From the IMG/VR virus record IMGVR_UViG_2897352509_000006: 34,788 nt of DNA; one strand, 5' to 3'. The notes beneath the pieces were generated by a model. It was not told where the DNA came from and did not search any database. It saw only the letters and a program-made list of their open reading frames with translations. The stretch comes from a virus. Lineage: Duplodnaviria > Heunggongvirae > Uroviricota > Caudoviricetes. The position numbers were made by a program, and so were the translations under genes. Shown piece after piece: positions 21,811-34,788 of the stretch; the first letter of the stretch is position 1, and each line of letters opens with the position of its first letter.

Positions 21811-22226
21811 GTTTTGCCCTGAAACTGGCGCGCGAGATGGGGCGACCCGACTGGCGTGCCATGCTTGCCGGGATGTCATCCACGGAGTATGCCGACTGGC
21901 ACCGCTTTTACAGTACCCATTATTTTCATGATGTTCTGCTGGATATGCACTTTTCCGGGCTGACGTACACCGTGCTCAGCCTGTTTTTCAGCGATCCGGA
22001 TATGCATCCGCTGGATTTCAGTCTGCTGAACCGGCGTGAGGCTGACGAAGAGCCTGAAGATGATGTGCTGATGCAGAAAGCGGCAGGGCTTGCTGGAGGC
22101 GTTCGTTTTGGCCCGGACGGGAATGAAGTTATCCCCGCTTCCCCGGATGTGGCGGACATGACGGAGGATGACGTAATGCTGATGACAGTATCAGAAGGGA
22201 TCGCAGGAGGAGTCCGGTATGGCTGA
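21792..22226 (+). CDS. T: T frame of the tail assembly chaperone, expressed as a G-T fusion via the -1 frameshift
   Basis: The -1 frame ORF encodes ...LSFALKLAREMGRPDWRAMLAGMSSTEYADWHRFYSTHYFHDVLLDMHFSGLTYTVLSLFFSDPDMHPLD..., matching lambda gpT. Confidence 0.9.
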   Translation: MFDGELSFALKLAREMGRPDWRAMLAGMSSTEYADWHRFYSTHYFHDVLLDMHFSGLTYTVLSLFFSDPDMHPLDFSLLNRREADEEPEDDVLMQKAAGLAGGVRFGPDGNEVIPASPDVADMTEDDVMLMTVSEGIAGGVRYG

Positions 22227-24768
22227 ACCGGTAGGCGATCTGGTCGTTGATTTAAGTCTGGATGCGGCCAGATTTGACGAGCAGATGGCCAGAGTCAGGC
22301 GTCATTTTTCCGGTACGGAAAGTGATGCGAAAAAAACAGCGGCAGTCGTTGAACAGTCGATGAGCCGGCAGGCGCTGGCTGCACAGAAAGCGGGAATTTC
22401 CGTCGGGCAGTATAAAGCCGCCATGCGTATGCTGCCTGCGCAGTTCACTGACGTGGCCACGCAGCTTGCAGGTGGGCAAAGTCCGTGGCTGATCCTGCTG
22501 CAACAGGGGGGGCAGGTGAAGGACTCCTTCGGCGGGATGATCCCCATGTTCCGGGGGCTTGCCGGTGCGATCACCCTGCCGATGGTGGGGGCCACCTCGC
22601 TGGCGGTGGCGACCGGTGCGCTGGCGTATGCCTGGTATCAGGGCAACTCAACCCTGTCCGATTTCAACAAAACGCTGGTCCTTTCCGGCAATCAGGCCGG
22701 GCTGACGGCAGATCGTATGCTGGTCCTGTCCAGAGCCGGGCAGGCGGCAGGGCTGACGTTTAACCAGACCAGCGAGTCACTCAGCGCACTGGTTAAGGCG
22801 GGGGTAAGCGGTGAGGCTCAGATTGCGTCCATCAGCCAGAGTGTGGCGCGTTTCTCCTCTGCATCAGGCGTGGAGGTGGACAAGGTCGCTGAAGCCTTCG
22901 GGAAGCTGACCACTGACCCGACGTCGGGGCTGACAGCGATGGCGCGCCAGTTCCATAACGTGACGGCGGAGCAGATTGCGTATGTTGCTCAGTTGCAGCG
23001 TTCCGGCGAAGAAGCCGGGGCATTGCAGGCGGCGAACGAGGCCGCGACGAAAGGGTTTGATGACCAGACCCGCCGCCTGAAAGAGAACATGGGCACGCTG
23101 GAAACCTGGGCAGACAGGACAGCACGGGCATTCAAATCCATGTGGGATGCGGTGCTGGATATTGGTCGTCCTGATACCGCGCAGGAGATGCTGATTAAGG
23201 CAGAGGCCGCGTTTAAGAAAGCGGACGATATCTGGAATCTGCGCAAGGATGATTATTTTGTTAACGATGAAGCGCGGGCGCGTTACTGGGATGATCGTGA
23301 AAAGGCCCGTCTTGCGCTTGAAGCCGCCCGAAAGAAGGCTGAGCAGCAGAGTCAACAGGACAAAAATGCGCAGCAACAGAGCGATACCGAAGCGTCACGG
23401 CTGAAATATACCGAAGAGGCGCAGAAGGCTTACGAACGCCTGCAGACGCCGCTGGAGAAATATACCGCCCGTCAGGAAGAACTGAATAAGGCACTGAAAG
23501 ACGGGAAAATCCTGCAGGCAGATTACAACACGCTGATGGCGGCGGCGAAAAAGGACTATGAAGCGACGCTGAAAAAGCCGAAACAGTCCGGCGTGAAGGT
23601 GTCTGCGGGCGATCGTCAGGAAGACAGTGCTCATGCTGCCCTGCTGACGCTTCAGGCAGAACTCCGGATGCTGGAGAAGCATGCCGGAGCGAATGAGAAA
23701 ATCAGCCAGCAGCGCCGGGATTTGTGGAAGGCAGAAAGTCAGTTCGCGGTACTGGAGGAGGCGGCACAACGTCGCCAGCTGTCCGCACAGGAGAAATCCC
23801 TGCTGGCGCATAAAGACGAGACGCTGGAGTACAAACGCCAGCTGGCTGTACTTGGCGACAAGGTCACCTATCAGGAGCACCTGAACGCGCTGGCACAGCA
23901 GGCGGATAAATTCGCACAGCAACAACGGGCAAAACGGGCCGCCATTGATGCAAAAAACCGGGGGCTGACTGACCGGCAGGCAGCGCGGGAAGCCACGGAA
24001 CAGCGCTTGAAGGAACAGTATGGCGATAATCCTCTGGCGCTGAATAACGTCATGTCAGAGCAGAAAAAGACCTGGGCAGCTGAAGACCAGCTTCGCGGGA
24101 GCTGGATGGCAGGCCTCAGGTCAGGCTGGAGTGAGTGGGAAGAGAGCGCCACGGACAGTATGTCGCAGGTTAAAAGTGCTGCCACGCAGACCTTTGATGG
24201 TATTGCACAGAATATGGCGGCGATGCTGACCGGCAGTGAACAGAACTGGCGCAGCTTCACCCGTTCCGTGCTGTCCATGATGACAGAAATTCTGCTTAAG
24301 CAGGCAATGGTGGGGATTGTCGGAAGTATAGGCAGCGCCATTGGCGGCGGCGCATCAGCGTCAGGCGGTACAGCCATTCAGGCAGCTGCGGCGAAATTCC
24401 ATTTTGCGGCCGGAGGGTTTACGGGAACCGGCGGCAAATATGAGCCAGCGGGGATTGTTCACCGTGGTGAATTTGTCTTCACGAAGGAGGCAACCAGCCG
24501 GATTGGCGTAGGAAATCTTTACCGGCTGATGCGCGGCTATGCCACCGGCGGTTATGTCGGTACACCGGGCAGCATGGCGGACAGCCGGTCGCAGGCGTCC
24601 GGGACGTTTGAGCAGAATAACCATGTGGTGATTAACAACGACGGCACGAACGGTCAGATAGGGCCACAGGCACTGAAGGCGGTTTATGACGTAGCCCGTA
24701 AGGCGGCAATGGATGTTGTGACCGGGCAGATGCGCGATGGTGGTCTGTTCTCCGGAGGTGGACGATGA
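22219..24768 (+). CDS. H: Tail tape measure protein H (849 aa)
   Basis: Length, coiled-coil-rich composition and sequence match lambda gpH (MAEPVGDLVVDLSLDAARFDEQMARVRRHFSGTESDAKK...). Confidence 0.95.
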   Translation: MAEPVGDLVVDLSLDAARFDEQMARVRRHFSGTESDAKKTAAVVEQSMSRQALAAQKAGISVGQYKAAMRMLPAQFTDVATQLAGGQSPWLILLQQGGQVKDSFGGMIPMFRGLAGAITLPMVGATSLAVATGALAYAWYQGNSTLSDFNKTLVLSGNQAGLTADRMLVLSRAGQAAGLTFNQTSESLSALVKAGVSGEAQIASISQSVARFSSASGVEVDKVAEAFGKLTTDPTSGLTAMARQFHNVTAEQIAYVAQLQRSGEEAGALQAANEAATKGFDDQTRRLKENMGTLETWADRTARAFKSMWDAVLDIGRPDTAQEMLIKAEAAFKKADDIWNLRKDDYFVNDEARARYWDDREKARLALEAARKKAEQQSQQDKNAQQQSDTEASRLKYTEEAQKAYERLQTPLEKYTARQEELNKALKDGKILQADYNTLMAAAKKDYEATLKKPKQSGVKVSAGDRQEDSAHAALLTLQAELRMLEKHAGANEKISQQRRDLWKAESQFAVLEEAAQRRQLSAQEKSLLAHKDETLEYKRQLAVLGDKVTYQEHLNALAQQADKFAQQQRAKRAAIDAKNRGLTDRQAAREATEQRLKEQYGDNPLALNNVMSEQKKTWAAEDQLRGSWMAGLRSGWSEWEESATDSMSQVKSAATQTFDGIAQNMAAMLTGSEQNWRSFTRSVLSMMTEILLKQAMVGIVGSIGSAIGGGASASGGTAIQAAAAKFHFAAGGFTGTGGKYEPAGIVHRGEFVFTKEATSRIGVGNLYRLMRGYATGGYVGTPGSMADSRSQASGTFEQNNHVVINNDGTNGQIGPQALKAVYDVARKAAMDVVTGQMRDGGLFSGGGR

Positions 24769-25094
24769 AAACCTTCCGCTGGAAAGTGAAACCCGGTATG
24801 GATGTGGCTTCGGCCCCTTCCGTAAGAAAGGTGCGCTTTGGTGATGGCTATTCCCAGCGAGCGCCTGCCGGGCTGAATGCCGACCTGAAAACGTACAGCG
24901 TGACGCTTTCTGTTCCCCGTTGGGAGGCCACGGCGCTTGAGTCGTTTCTGGCTGAGCACGGGGGCTGGAAGGCCTTTCTGTGGACGCCGCCTTATGAGTG
25001 GCGGCAGATAAAGGTGACCTGCGCAAAATGGTCGTCGCGGGTCAGTATGCTGCGTGTTGAGTTCAGCGCAGAGTTTGAACAGGTGGTGAACTGA
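24765..25094 (+). CDS. M: Tail tip protein M (109 aa)
   Basis: MKTFRWKVKPGMDVASAPSVRKVRFGDGYSQRAPAGLNADLKTYSVTLSVPRWEATALESFLAEHGGWKAFLWTPPYEWRQIKVTCAKWSSRVSMLRVEFSAEFEQVVN matches lambda gpM. Confidence 0.95.
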   Translation: MKTFRWKVKPGMDVASAPSVRKVRFGDGYSQRAPAGLNADLKTYSVTLSVPRWEATALESFLAEHGGWKAFLWTPPYEWRQIKVTCAKWSSRVSMLRVEFSAEFEQVVN

Positions 25095-25792
25095 TGCAGG
25101 ATATCCGGCAGGAAACACTGAATGAATGCACCCGTGCGGAGCAGTCGGCCAGCGTGGTGCTCTGGGAAATCGATCTGACAGAGGTCGGTGGAGAACGTTA
25201 TTTTTTCTGTAATGAGCAGAACGAAAAAGGTGAGCCGGTCACCTGGCAGGGGCGACAGTATCAGCCGTATCCCATTCAGGGGAGTGGTTTTGAACTGAAT
25301 GGCAAAGGCACCAGTACGCGCCCCACGCTGACGGTTTCTAACCTGTACGGTATGGTCACCGGGATGGCGGAAGATCTGCAGAGTCTGGTCGGCGGAACGG
25401 TGGTCCGGCGTAAGGTTTACGCCCGTTTTCTGGATGCGGTGAACTTCGTCAACGGAAACAGTGACGCCGATCCGGAGCAGGAGGTGATCAGCCGCTGGCG
25501 CATTGAGCAGTGCAGCGAACTGAGCGCGGTGAGTGCCTCTTTTGTACTGTCCACGCCGACGGAAACGGACGGCGCTGTTTTTCCGGGACGTATCATGCTG
25601 GCCAACACCTGCACCTGGACCTATCGCGGCGATGAGTGCGGTTATCACGGTCCGGCGGTCGCGGATGAATATGACCAGCCAACGTCCGATATCACGAAGG
25701 ATAAATGCAGCAAATGCCTGAGCGGTTGTAAGTTCCGCAATAACGTCGGCAACTTTGGCGGCTTCCTTTCCATTAACAAACTTTCGCAGTAA
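25094..25792 (+). CDS. L: Tail tip protein L (232 aa)
   Basis: MQDIRQETLNECTRAEQSASVVLWEIDLTEVGGERYFFCNEQNEKGEPVTWQGRQYQPYPIQGSGFELNGKG... matches lambda gpL. Confidence 0.95.
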   Translation: MQDIRQETLNECTRAEQSASVVLWEIDLTEVGGERYFFCNEQNEKGEPVTWQGRQYQPYPIQGSGFELNGKGTSTRPTLTVSNLYGMVTGMAEDLQSLVGGTVVRRKVYARFLDAVNFVNGNSDADPEQEVISRWRIEQCSELSAVSASFVLSTPTETDGAVFPGRIMLANTCTWTYRGDECGYHGPAVADEYDQPTSDITKDKCSKCLSGCKFRNNVGNFGGFLSINKLSQ

Positions 25793-25797
25793 ATCCC

Positions 25798-26541
25798 ATG
25801 ACACAGACAGAATCAGCGATTCTGGCGCACGCCCGGCGATGTGCGCCAGCGGAGTCGTGCGGCTTCGTGGTAAGCACGCCGGAGGGGGAAAGATATTTCC
25901 CCTGCGTGAATATCTCCGGTGAGCCGGAGGCGTATTTCCGTATGTCGCCGGAAGACTGGCTGCAGGCAGAAATGCAGGGTGAGATTGTGGCGCTGGTCCA
26001 CAGCCACCCCGGTGGTCTGCCCTGGCTGAGTGAGGCCGACCGGCGGCTGCAGGTGCAGAGTGATTTGCCGTGGTGGCTGGTCTGCCGGGGGACGATTCAT
26101 AAGTTCCGCTGTGTGCCGCATCTCACCGGGCGGCGCTTTGAGCACGGGGTGACGGACTGTTACACGCTGTTCCGGGATGCTTATCATCTGGCGGGGATTG
26201 AGATGCCGGATTTTCATCGCGAGGATGACTGGTGGCGTCACGGTCAGAATCTCTATCTGGATAATCTGGAGGCCACAGGGCTGTATCAGGTGCCGTTGTC
26301 ATCAGCACAACCGGGCGATGTGCTGCTGTGCTGTTTTGGTTCATCGGTGCCGAATCATGCCGCCATTTACTGTGGTGATGGCGAGCTGCTGCACCATATT
26401 CCTGAACAACTGAGCAAACGAGAGAGGTATACCGACAAATGGCAGCGACGCACACACTCCCTCTGGCGTCACCGGGCATGGCGCGCATCTGCCTTTACGG
26501 GGATTTGCAACGATTTGGCCGCCGCATCGACCTTCGTGTGA
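25798..26541 (+). CDS. K: Tail tip assembly protein K (JAMM/MPN-like plus NlpC/P60-like regions); full ORF 247 aa, of which the last 199 aa (from ATG 25942) correspond to the K length I recall for the lambda reference
   Basis: Contains HSHPGGLPWLSEAD (HxHx7Sx2D JAMM-type motif) and a C-terminal Cys/His region; the ORF is open from 5 nt after the L stop; overlaps I by 103 nt. Confidence 0.85.
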   Translation: MTQTESAILAHARRCAPAESCGFVVSTPEGERYFPCVNISGEPEAYFRMSPEDWLQAEMQGEIVALVHSHPGGLPWLSEADRRLQVQSDLPWWLVCRGTIHKFRCVPHLTGRRFEHGVTDCYTLFRDAYHLAGIEMPDFHREDDWWRHGQNLYLDNLEATGLYQVPLSSAQPGDVLLCCFGSSVPNHAAIYCGDGELLHHIPEQLSKRERYTDKWQRRTHSLWRHRAWRASAFTGICNDLAAASTFV

Positions 26542-27110
26542 AAACGGGGGCTGAAGCCATCCGCGCACTGGCCACACAGCTCCCGGTGTTTCGTCAGAAG
26601 CTGAGCGACGGCTGGTATCAGGTACGGATTACCGGGCGGGACGTCAGCACGTCCGGGTTAACGGCGCAGTTACATGAGACTCTGCCTGATGGCGCTGTGA
26701 TTCATATTGTTCCCAGAGTCGCCGGGGCCAAGTCAGGTGGCGTATTCCAGATTGTCCTGGGGGCTGCCGCCATTGCCGGATCATTCTTTACCGCCGGAGC
26801 CACCCTTGCAGCATGGGGGGCAGCCATTGGGGCCGGTGGTATGACCGGCATCCTGTTTTCTCTCGGTGCCAGTATGGTGCTCGGTGGTGTGGCGCAGATG
26901 CTGGCACCGAAAGCCAGAACTCCCCGTACACAGACAACGGATAACGGCAAACAGAACACCTATTTCTCCTCACTGGATAACATGGTTGCCCAGGGCAATG
27001 TTCTGCCGGTTCTGTACGGTGAAATGCGCGTGGGGTCACGCGTGGTTTCTCAAGAGATCAGCACGGCAGACGAAGGGGACGGTGGTCAGGTTGTGGTGAT
27101 TGGTCGCTGA
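26439..27110 (+). CDS. I: Tail assembly protein I (223 aa)
   Basis: MAATHTLPLASPGMARICLYGDLQRFGRRIDLRVKTGAEAIRALATQLPVFRQKLSDGWYQVRITGRDVS... matches lambda gpI. Confidence 0.95.
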   Translation: MAATHTLPLASPGMARICLYGDLQRFGRRIDLRVKTGAEAIRALATQLPVFRQKLSDGWYQVRITGRDVSTSGLTAQLHETLPDGAVIHIVPRVAGAKSGGVFQIVLGAAAIAGSFFTAGATLAAWGAAIGAGGMTGILFSLGASMVLGGVAQMLAPKARTPRTQTTDNGKQNTYFSSLDNMVAQGNVLPVLYGEMRVGSRVVSQEISTADEGDGGQVVVIGR

Positions 27111-27167
27111 TGCAAAATGTTTTATGTGAAACCGCCTCCGGGCGGTTTTATCGTTTATGGAGCATGA

Positions 27168-30569
<3,402 letters not shown>

Positions 30570-30587
30570 ATTTTATAACCCAGAACG

Positions 30588-30613
30588 GGCGTCAGAAATG
30601 ACGCCTTTTTTAT
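30588..30613 (+). terminator. Intrinsic terminator after J (ggcgtca / gaaa / tgacgcc + tttttta)
   Basis: Perfect 7-bp stem with a GAAA loop and a T-run directly downstream of the J stop. Confidence 0.7.
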
Positions 30614-30635
30614 TGCAGAAAAGCGAGAGGTAATT

Positions 30636-31235
30636 ATGCGTAAACTTTATGCCGCCATTTTGTCCGCAGCCATTTGTCTGGCCGTATCCGGTGCGCCTGC
30701 ATGGGCATCTGAACATCAGTCCACGCTGAGCGCGGGGTATCTTCATGCCCGGACCAACGTTCCCGGCAGTGATGATCTGAACGGGATTAACGTGAAATAC
30801 CGTTATGAGTTTACGGATACGCTGGGGCTGGTGACGTCATTCAGCTATGCAGGAGACAAGAATCGCCAGCTGACCCGTTACAGCGATACCCGCTGGCATG
30901 AAGATTCCGTGCGTAACCGCTGGTTCAGCGTGATGGCGGGGCCGTCTGTGCGCGTGAATGAATGGTTCAGCGCGTATGCGATGGCGGGTATGGCTTACAG
31001 CCGTGTTTCGACTTTTTCCGGGGATTACCTTCGCGTAACTGACAACAAGGGGAAAACGCACGATGTGCTGACCGGAAGTGATGACGGTCGCCACAGCAAC
31101 ACGTCTCTGGCGTGGGGGGCTGGCGTGCAGTTTAACCCGACCGAATCCGTGGCCATTGATATTGCTTATGAAGGTTCTGGCAGTGGTGACTGGCGCACTG
31201 ACGGGTTCATCGTGGGTGTTGGTTATAAATTCTGA
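30636..31235 (+). CDS. lom: Lom outer membrane protein (Ail/Lom family beta-barrel)
   Basis: MRKLYAAILSAAICLAVSGAPAWASEHQSTLSAGYLHARTNVPGSDDLNGINVKYRYEFTDTLGLVTSFSYAGDKNRQLTRY...VGVGYKF matches lambda Lom; signal peptide and C-terminal aromatic residue. Confidence 0.95.
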   Translation: MRKLYAAILSAAICLAVSGAPAWASEHQSTLSAGYLHARTNVPGSDDLNGINVKYRYEFTDTLGLVTSFSYAGDKNRQLTRYSDTRWHEDSVRNRWFSVMAGPSVRVNEWFSAYAMAGMAYSRVSTFSGDYLRVTDNKGKTHDVLTGSDDGRHSNTSLAWGAGVQFNPTESVAIDIAYEGSGSGDWRTDGFIVGVGYKF

Positions 31236-31262
31236 TTAGCCAGGTAACACAGTGTTATGACA

Positions 31263-31290
31263 GCCCGCCGGTTCAGGCGGGCTTTTTTGT
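31263..31290 (+). terminator. Intrinsic terminator after lom (agcccgcc / ggttca / ggcgggct + ttttt)
   Basis: Perfect 8-bp GC-rich stem plus T-run. Confidence 0.7.
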
Positions 31291-31293
31291 GGG

Positions 31294-34213
31294 GTGAATA
31301 TGGCAGTAAAGATTTCAGGTGTACTGAAAGACGGCACAGGAAAACCGGTACAGAACTGCACAATCCAGCTGAAAGCAAAACGTAACAGTACCACGGTGGT
31401 GGTGAACACGCTGGCCTCAGAAAATCCGGATGAAGCCGGGCGTTACAGCATGGACGTTGAGTACGGTCAGTACAGCGTTATTCTGTTGGTGGAAGGGTTC
31501 CCGCCGTCACATGCCGGGACCATCACCGTGTATGAAGATTCTCAACCCGGTACGCTGAATGATTTTCTTGGTGCCATGACTGAGGATGATGTCCGTCCGG
31601 AGGCACTGCGCCGTTTTGAGCTGATGGTGGAAGAGGTGGCGCGTAACGCGTCCGCGGTGGCACAGAACACGGCAGCCGCGAAGAAGTCAGCCAGCGATGC
31701 CAGCACATCAGCCCGTGAGGCGGCAACCCATGCGACTGATGCTGCGGACTCAGCACGCGCAGCCAGCACGTCAGCCGGACAGGCCGCGTCGTCGGCTCAG
31801 TCAGCGTCTTCCAGCGCAGGAACGGCATCAACAAAGGCTACTGAAGCATCAAAAAGTGCTGCCGCTGCAGAGTCCTCAAAAAGCGCGGCGGCTACCAGTG
31901 CCGGTGCGGCGAAAACGTCAGAAACGAATGCGGCAGTGTCACAACAATCAGCCGCCACTTCTGCATCCACCGCGACCACGAAAGCGTCAGAAGCTGCCTC
32001 CTCAGCCAGGGATGCGTCGGCTTCAAAAGAGGCGGCAAAATCATCAGAAACGAGCGCAGCCTCGAGCGCCAGTAGTGCAGCCTCCTCGGCAACGGCGGCA
32101 GGCAATTCCGCGAAGGCGGCCAAAACGTCTGAGACAAACGCTAAGTCCTCTGAAACGGCAGCAGAACAGAGTGCCTCCGCAGCAGCAGGCTCAAAAACAG
32201 CGGCTGCATTATCTGCCAGTGCCGCGTCAACAAGTGCCGGGCAGGCCTCAGCCAGTGCCACCGCCGCCGGAAAATCGGCAGAAAGTGCCGCATCGTCTGC
32301 TTCAACAGCCACAACGAAGGCTGGCGAAGCCACTGAACAGGCCAGCGCAGCAGCGAGTTCTGCTTCCGCAGCGAAGACATCCGAAACGAACGCGAAAGCG
32401 TCGGAAACCAGCGCAGAATCCTCAAAAACGGCTGCCGCATCGTCAGCCAGTTCGGCGGCGTCATCGGCATCATCTGCGTCTGCTTCAAAAGATGAGGCGA
32501 CCAGACAAGCGTCAGCAGCGAAGAGCAGCGCCACGACGGCATCCACGAAGGCGACAGAGGCAGCTGGTAGTGCGACGGCAGCAGCTCAGAGCAAAAGTAC
32601 GGCGGAATCTGCAGCAACGCGCGCTGAGACAGCGGCAAAACGGGCAGAGGATATTGCATCCGCCGTGGCGCTTGAGGATGCGAGCACGACGAAAAAGGGG
32701 ATAGTACAGCTCAGCAGTGCGACTAACAGCACTTCCGAGTCACTGGCGGCAACGCCAAAAGCCGTTAAGGCCGCGTATGAGCTGGCTAACGGGAAATACA
32801 CCGCACAGGATGCAACGACAGCACAGAAAGGGATAGTTCAGCTTAGCAACGCGACCAACAGCACATCTGAAATGCTGGCGGCAACGCCAAAGTCGGTAAA
32901 GGCAGCCTATGACCTTGCTAACGGGAAATATACTGCTCAGGACGCTACGACAGCACAAAAAGGAATTGTCCAGCTCAGTAGTGCAACCAACAGCGCATCT
33001 GAAACGCTTGCCGCGACACCGAAAGCAGTGAAAGCAGCTAATGATAATGCGAATGGTCGGGTACCTTCTGCCCGTAAGGTGAATGGTAAGGCGCTTTCAG
33101 CGGATATAACACTGACGCCGAAAGATATTGGTACGCTTAACTCAACAACAATGTCATTCAGCGGTGGTGCTGGTTGGTTCAAATTAGCAACGGTAACCAT
33201 GCCACAGGCGAGTTCTGTTGTTTCAATTACGTTGATTGGTGGCGCTGGATTTAACGTGGGGTCACCTCAACAGGCAGGTATATCTGAACTTGTTTTACGT
33301 GCAGGTAATGGTAATCCGAAGGGGATTACTGGTGCTTTATGGCAGCGCACATTGACAGGGTTTACAAATTTTGCCTGGGTTAATACATCTGGTGATACTT
33401 ACGATATTTACGTTGCAATCGGAAATTATGCGACTGGTGTAAATATTCAATGGGATTATACCAGTAATGCCAGCGTGACGATTCATACGTCACCAGCATA
33501 TTCTGCTAATAAGCCGGAAGGGTTAACGGACGGTACAGTTTATTCACTCTATACGCCATCAGAGCAGTTTTATCCGCCTGGCGCACCAATCCCGTGGCCA
33601 TCAGATACCGTTCCGTCTGGCTATGCCCTGATGCAGGGGCAGGCTTTTGACAAATCTGCATACCCGAAACTTGCAGCGGCTTATCCGTCAGGCGTGATCC
33701 CTGATATGCGTGGCTGGACGATTAAGGGCAAACCTGCCAGTGGTCGGGCCGTATTGTCTCAGGAACAGGACGGCATTAAATCGCATACCCACAGCCCCAG
33801 CGCATCCAGTACGGATTTGGGGACGAAAACCACATCGTCGTTTGATTACGGCACTAAATCCACGAATAACACTGGTGCGCATACCCATAGTTTAAGTGGC
33901 AGCACGAATGCAGCTGGTAATCACAGCCATAGAGATGCAGGCGCATCAGCAGTCAGCCAGTGGTCACAAAATGGGTCAGTACATAAGGTAGTGTCTGCGG
34001 CCAGAGCGAATACCAGTATAGNGTAATCATAGCCATTCACTGTCCGGCACAGCAGCATCTGCAGGTGCACACGCGCATACTGTCGGTATTGGTGCTCATA
34101 CGCACTCCGTTGCGATTGGTTCACATGGACACACCATCACCGTTAACGCTGCTGGTAACGCGGAAAACACCGTCAAAAACATCGCATTTAACTATATTGT
34201 GAGGCTTGCATAA
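31294..34213 (+). CDS. stf: Side tail fibre protein Stf; main frame ends at 34026 beside an ambiguous base (34022), and the conserved C-terminus (...[31 protein letters not shown]) continues in the +1 frame to 34213
   Basis: N-terminus [62 protein letters not shown] matches lambda Stf; long Ala/Ser-rich tract; three tandem 44-aa repeats; hand translation of 34025-34213 gives the lambda Stf C-terminal His-rich motifs and end. Confidence 0.8.
32686..33060 (+). repeat. Three tandem 132-bp (44-aa) repeats within stf (unit [11 protein letters not shown][S/N]ATNS[T/A]SE.LAATPK[A/S][16 protein letters not shown])
   Basis: Repeat landmarks at 32701, 32833 and 32965 (atagtacag / atagttcag / attgtccag), period 132 nt, diverged mainly at third codon positions. 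Confidence 0.9.
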
Positions 34214-34788
34214 TGGCATTCAGAATGAGTGAACAACCACGGACCATAAAAATTTATAATCTGCTGGCCGGAACTAATGAATTTATTGGTGAAGGTGACG
34301 CATATATTCCGCCTCATACAGGTGTGCCAGCAAAGTTCTGACTTATTGCACCGCCAGATATTCCGGCTGGCTTCGTGGCTGTTTTCAACAGTGATGAGTC
34401 ATCGTGGCATCTCGTTGAAGATCATCGGGGTAAAACGGTTTATGACGTGGCTTCCGGCGACGCGTTATTTATTTCTGAACTCGGTCCATTACCGGAAAAT
34501 GTTACCTGGTTATCGCCGGAAGGGGAGTTTCAGAAGTGGAACGGCACAGCCTGGGTGAAAGATACGGAAGCAGAAAAACTGTTCCGGATCCGAGAGGCGG
34601 AAGAAACAAAAAACAGCCTGATGCAGGTAGCCAGTGAGCATATTGCGCCACTTCAGGATGCTGTAGATCTGGAAATCGCAACGGAGGAAGAAACCTCATT
34701 GCTGGAAGCCTGGAAAAAGTATCGGGTGTTGCTGAACCGTGTTGATACGTCAACTGCACAGGATATTGAATGGCCAGCACTGCCGTAG
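34213..34788 (+). pseudogene. tfa: Tail fibre assembly protein Tfa with an in-frame TGA at 34339-34341 (codon 43); the downstream reading frame is intact to the stop at 34786-34788
   Basis: [42 protein letters not shown][92 protein letters not shown]... matches lambda Tfa on both sides of the stop, in the same frame. Confidence 0.7.

Noticed and set aside
31697-32704. 335-aa plus-strand ORF (Arg/Pro/Gln-rich) and 249-aa minus-strand ORF (31797-32546, Ala/Asp-rich) overlapping stf
   Set aside because: Both are alternative-frame readings of the GCN/TCN-rich low-complexity repeat region of stf; their composition mirrors the repeat.

Overview
The whole 34.8-kb window is one lambdoid prophage, probably from Escherichia coli (inferred from recognisable lambda and DLP12-type proteins). 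I do not see convincing evidence for a new, undescribed system; the least characterised parts are small AT-rich cargo genes. Reading left to right: integrase and excisionase on the minus strand, then directly the replication genes O (with ori iterons), P and ren. The whole immunity and early-left region (exo through cI/cro/cII) is absent. Next comes an AT-rich cargo block (emrE efflux pump, a frameshifted large serine recombinase), a DLP12-type nin region (NinB-like, ninE, ybcO, rusA, ylcG), a Q-like antiterminator, and a lysis cassette (holin, R, Rz/Rz1). After bor and three small poorly characterised genes (ybcV, ybcW, ylcI) there is a lambda-type cos site and an essentially lambda-identical head and tail module (Nu1 to J), then lom, stf and tfa. 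Four reading frames are disrupted (ybcK, Nu1, stf, tfa) and there are at least ten ambiguous N bases, so I cannot separate true pseudogenisation from sequencing error. All identifications are from reading the supplied translations and DNA against remembered reference proteins; no database search was run.
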